From: Sedimentisphaerales bacterium
GTDB lineage: Bacteria; Planctomycetota; Phycisphaerae; Sedimentisphaerales; UBA12454
Direction of reading: 5' to 3'
Length of the DNA stretch: 64,000 bases
Assembly (NCBI GenBank): GCA_016930635.1
Contig: JAFGGI010000012.1
Coordinates: 9,998-73,997 of the forward strand
The notes under the pieces were generated by a model. It was not told the origin of the DNA. It was given only the letters and a program-made list of their open reading frames with translations, and ran no database searches. Both the position numbers and the translations under genes were made by a program. This document shows positions 63,696-64,000 of this stretch, piece by piece. Within the stretch, counting starts at the first letter, position 1. Each line of letters opens with the position of its first letter.

Positions 63696-64000
63696 ATGTT
63701 AGCTCGTCTTTTTAGCGTAACACTTGACGGTATAGAGGGTGTTATTTGTGAGGTTGAGGTCCATGTGACCAGAGGGGGGTTTGAAAAGTCACTTATCGTC
63801 GGTCTGCCTGATACTGCTGTCAAAGAAAGTATCGAGCGTGTCCAAAGCGCGATAACCAATTCAGGATATAACTATCCCAAGACCAAAAGTGTTATCAATC
63901 TTGCGCCTGCTGATGTCAAGAAGGTCGGTCCTGCATTCGATTTGCCTATTGCGCTGGGAGTTCTGCTTGGCTCAAAAGCAATAGAAAGTGACTGTGTTAA
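63696..64000 (+). CDS. Mg-chelatase-like ATPase YifB/ComM, N-terminal part (continues beyond the window)
   Basis: Read from the ATG at 63696: MLARLFSVTLDGIEGVICEVEVHV ... INLAPADVKKVGPAFDLPIALGVLLG. This is the Lon-like N-domain typical of ComM/YifB. It is not in the ORF track because it runs off the edge. Confidence 0.8.
   Translation, partial: MLARLFSVTLDGIEGVICEVEVHVTRGGFEKSLIVGLPDTAVKESIERVQSAITNSGYNYPKTKSVINLAPADVKKVGPAFDLPIALGVLLGSKAIESDCV

Overview
This is a densely coding, moderately AT-rich chromosomal window. I support about 57 protein-coding genes and one tmRNA. I found no rRNA, tRNA, CRISPR array, transposase, integrase or phage gene.

Gene content, left to right:
- Housekeeping: ilvD, HIT hydrolase, dGTPase-like, pgpA, purA, uppS, cdsA, a phoH-pgpH-ybeY-corC-recO cluster, gatCAB, rpmB, rluB-like, surE, xth.
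- A sulfur / Fe-S operon: Rrf2 regulator-cysK-cysE-nadA-metY-nifU-nifS.
- A glycan block: TIM-barrel isomerase, GH31, PL9-like and PL1 pectate lyases, glgP. This block is split by ssrA.
- ptsN, queA and a partial comM/yifB.

Three secreted proteins end in dockerin-like EF-hand pairs. Together with the gene repertoire, this suggests a PVC-group (Phycisphaerae/Planctomycetota-like) anaerobe. That placement is inference only.

There is no obvious mobile or defence system. The best candidates for an undescribed system are:
1. 39.9-45.0 kb: two tandem GT-C (PMT/ArnT-like) membrane glycosyltransferases converging on two tandem single-TM helical proteins of unknown family.
2. 6.9-10.7 kb: a three-gene operon led by a fusion of a kinase-like domain to a polytopic membrane domain.
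3. 25.9-27.3 kb: a protein with a TM helix, a coiled coil and a BRCT-like domain.

All domain calls come from reading motifs by eye. No database search was run.
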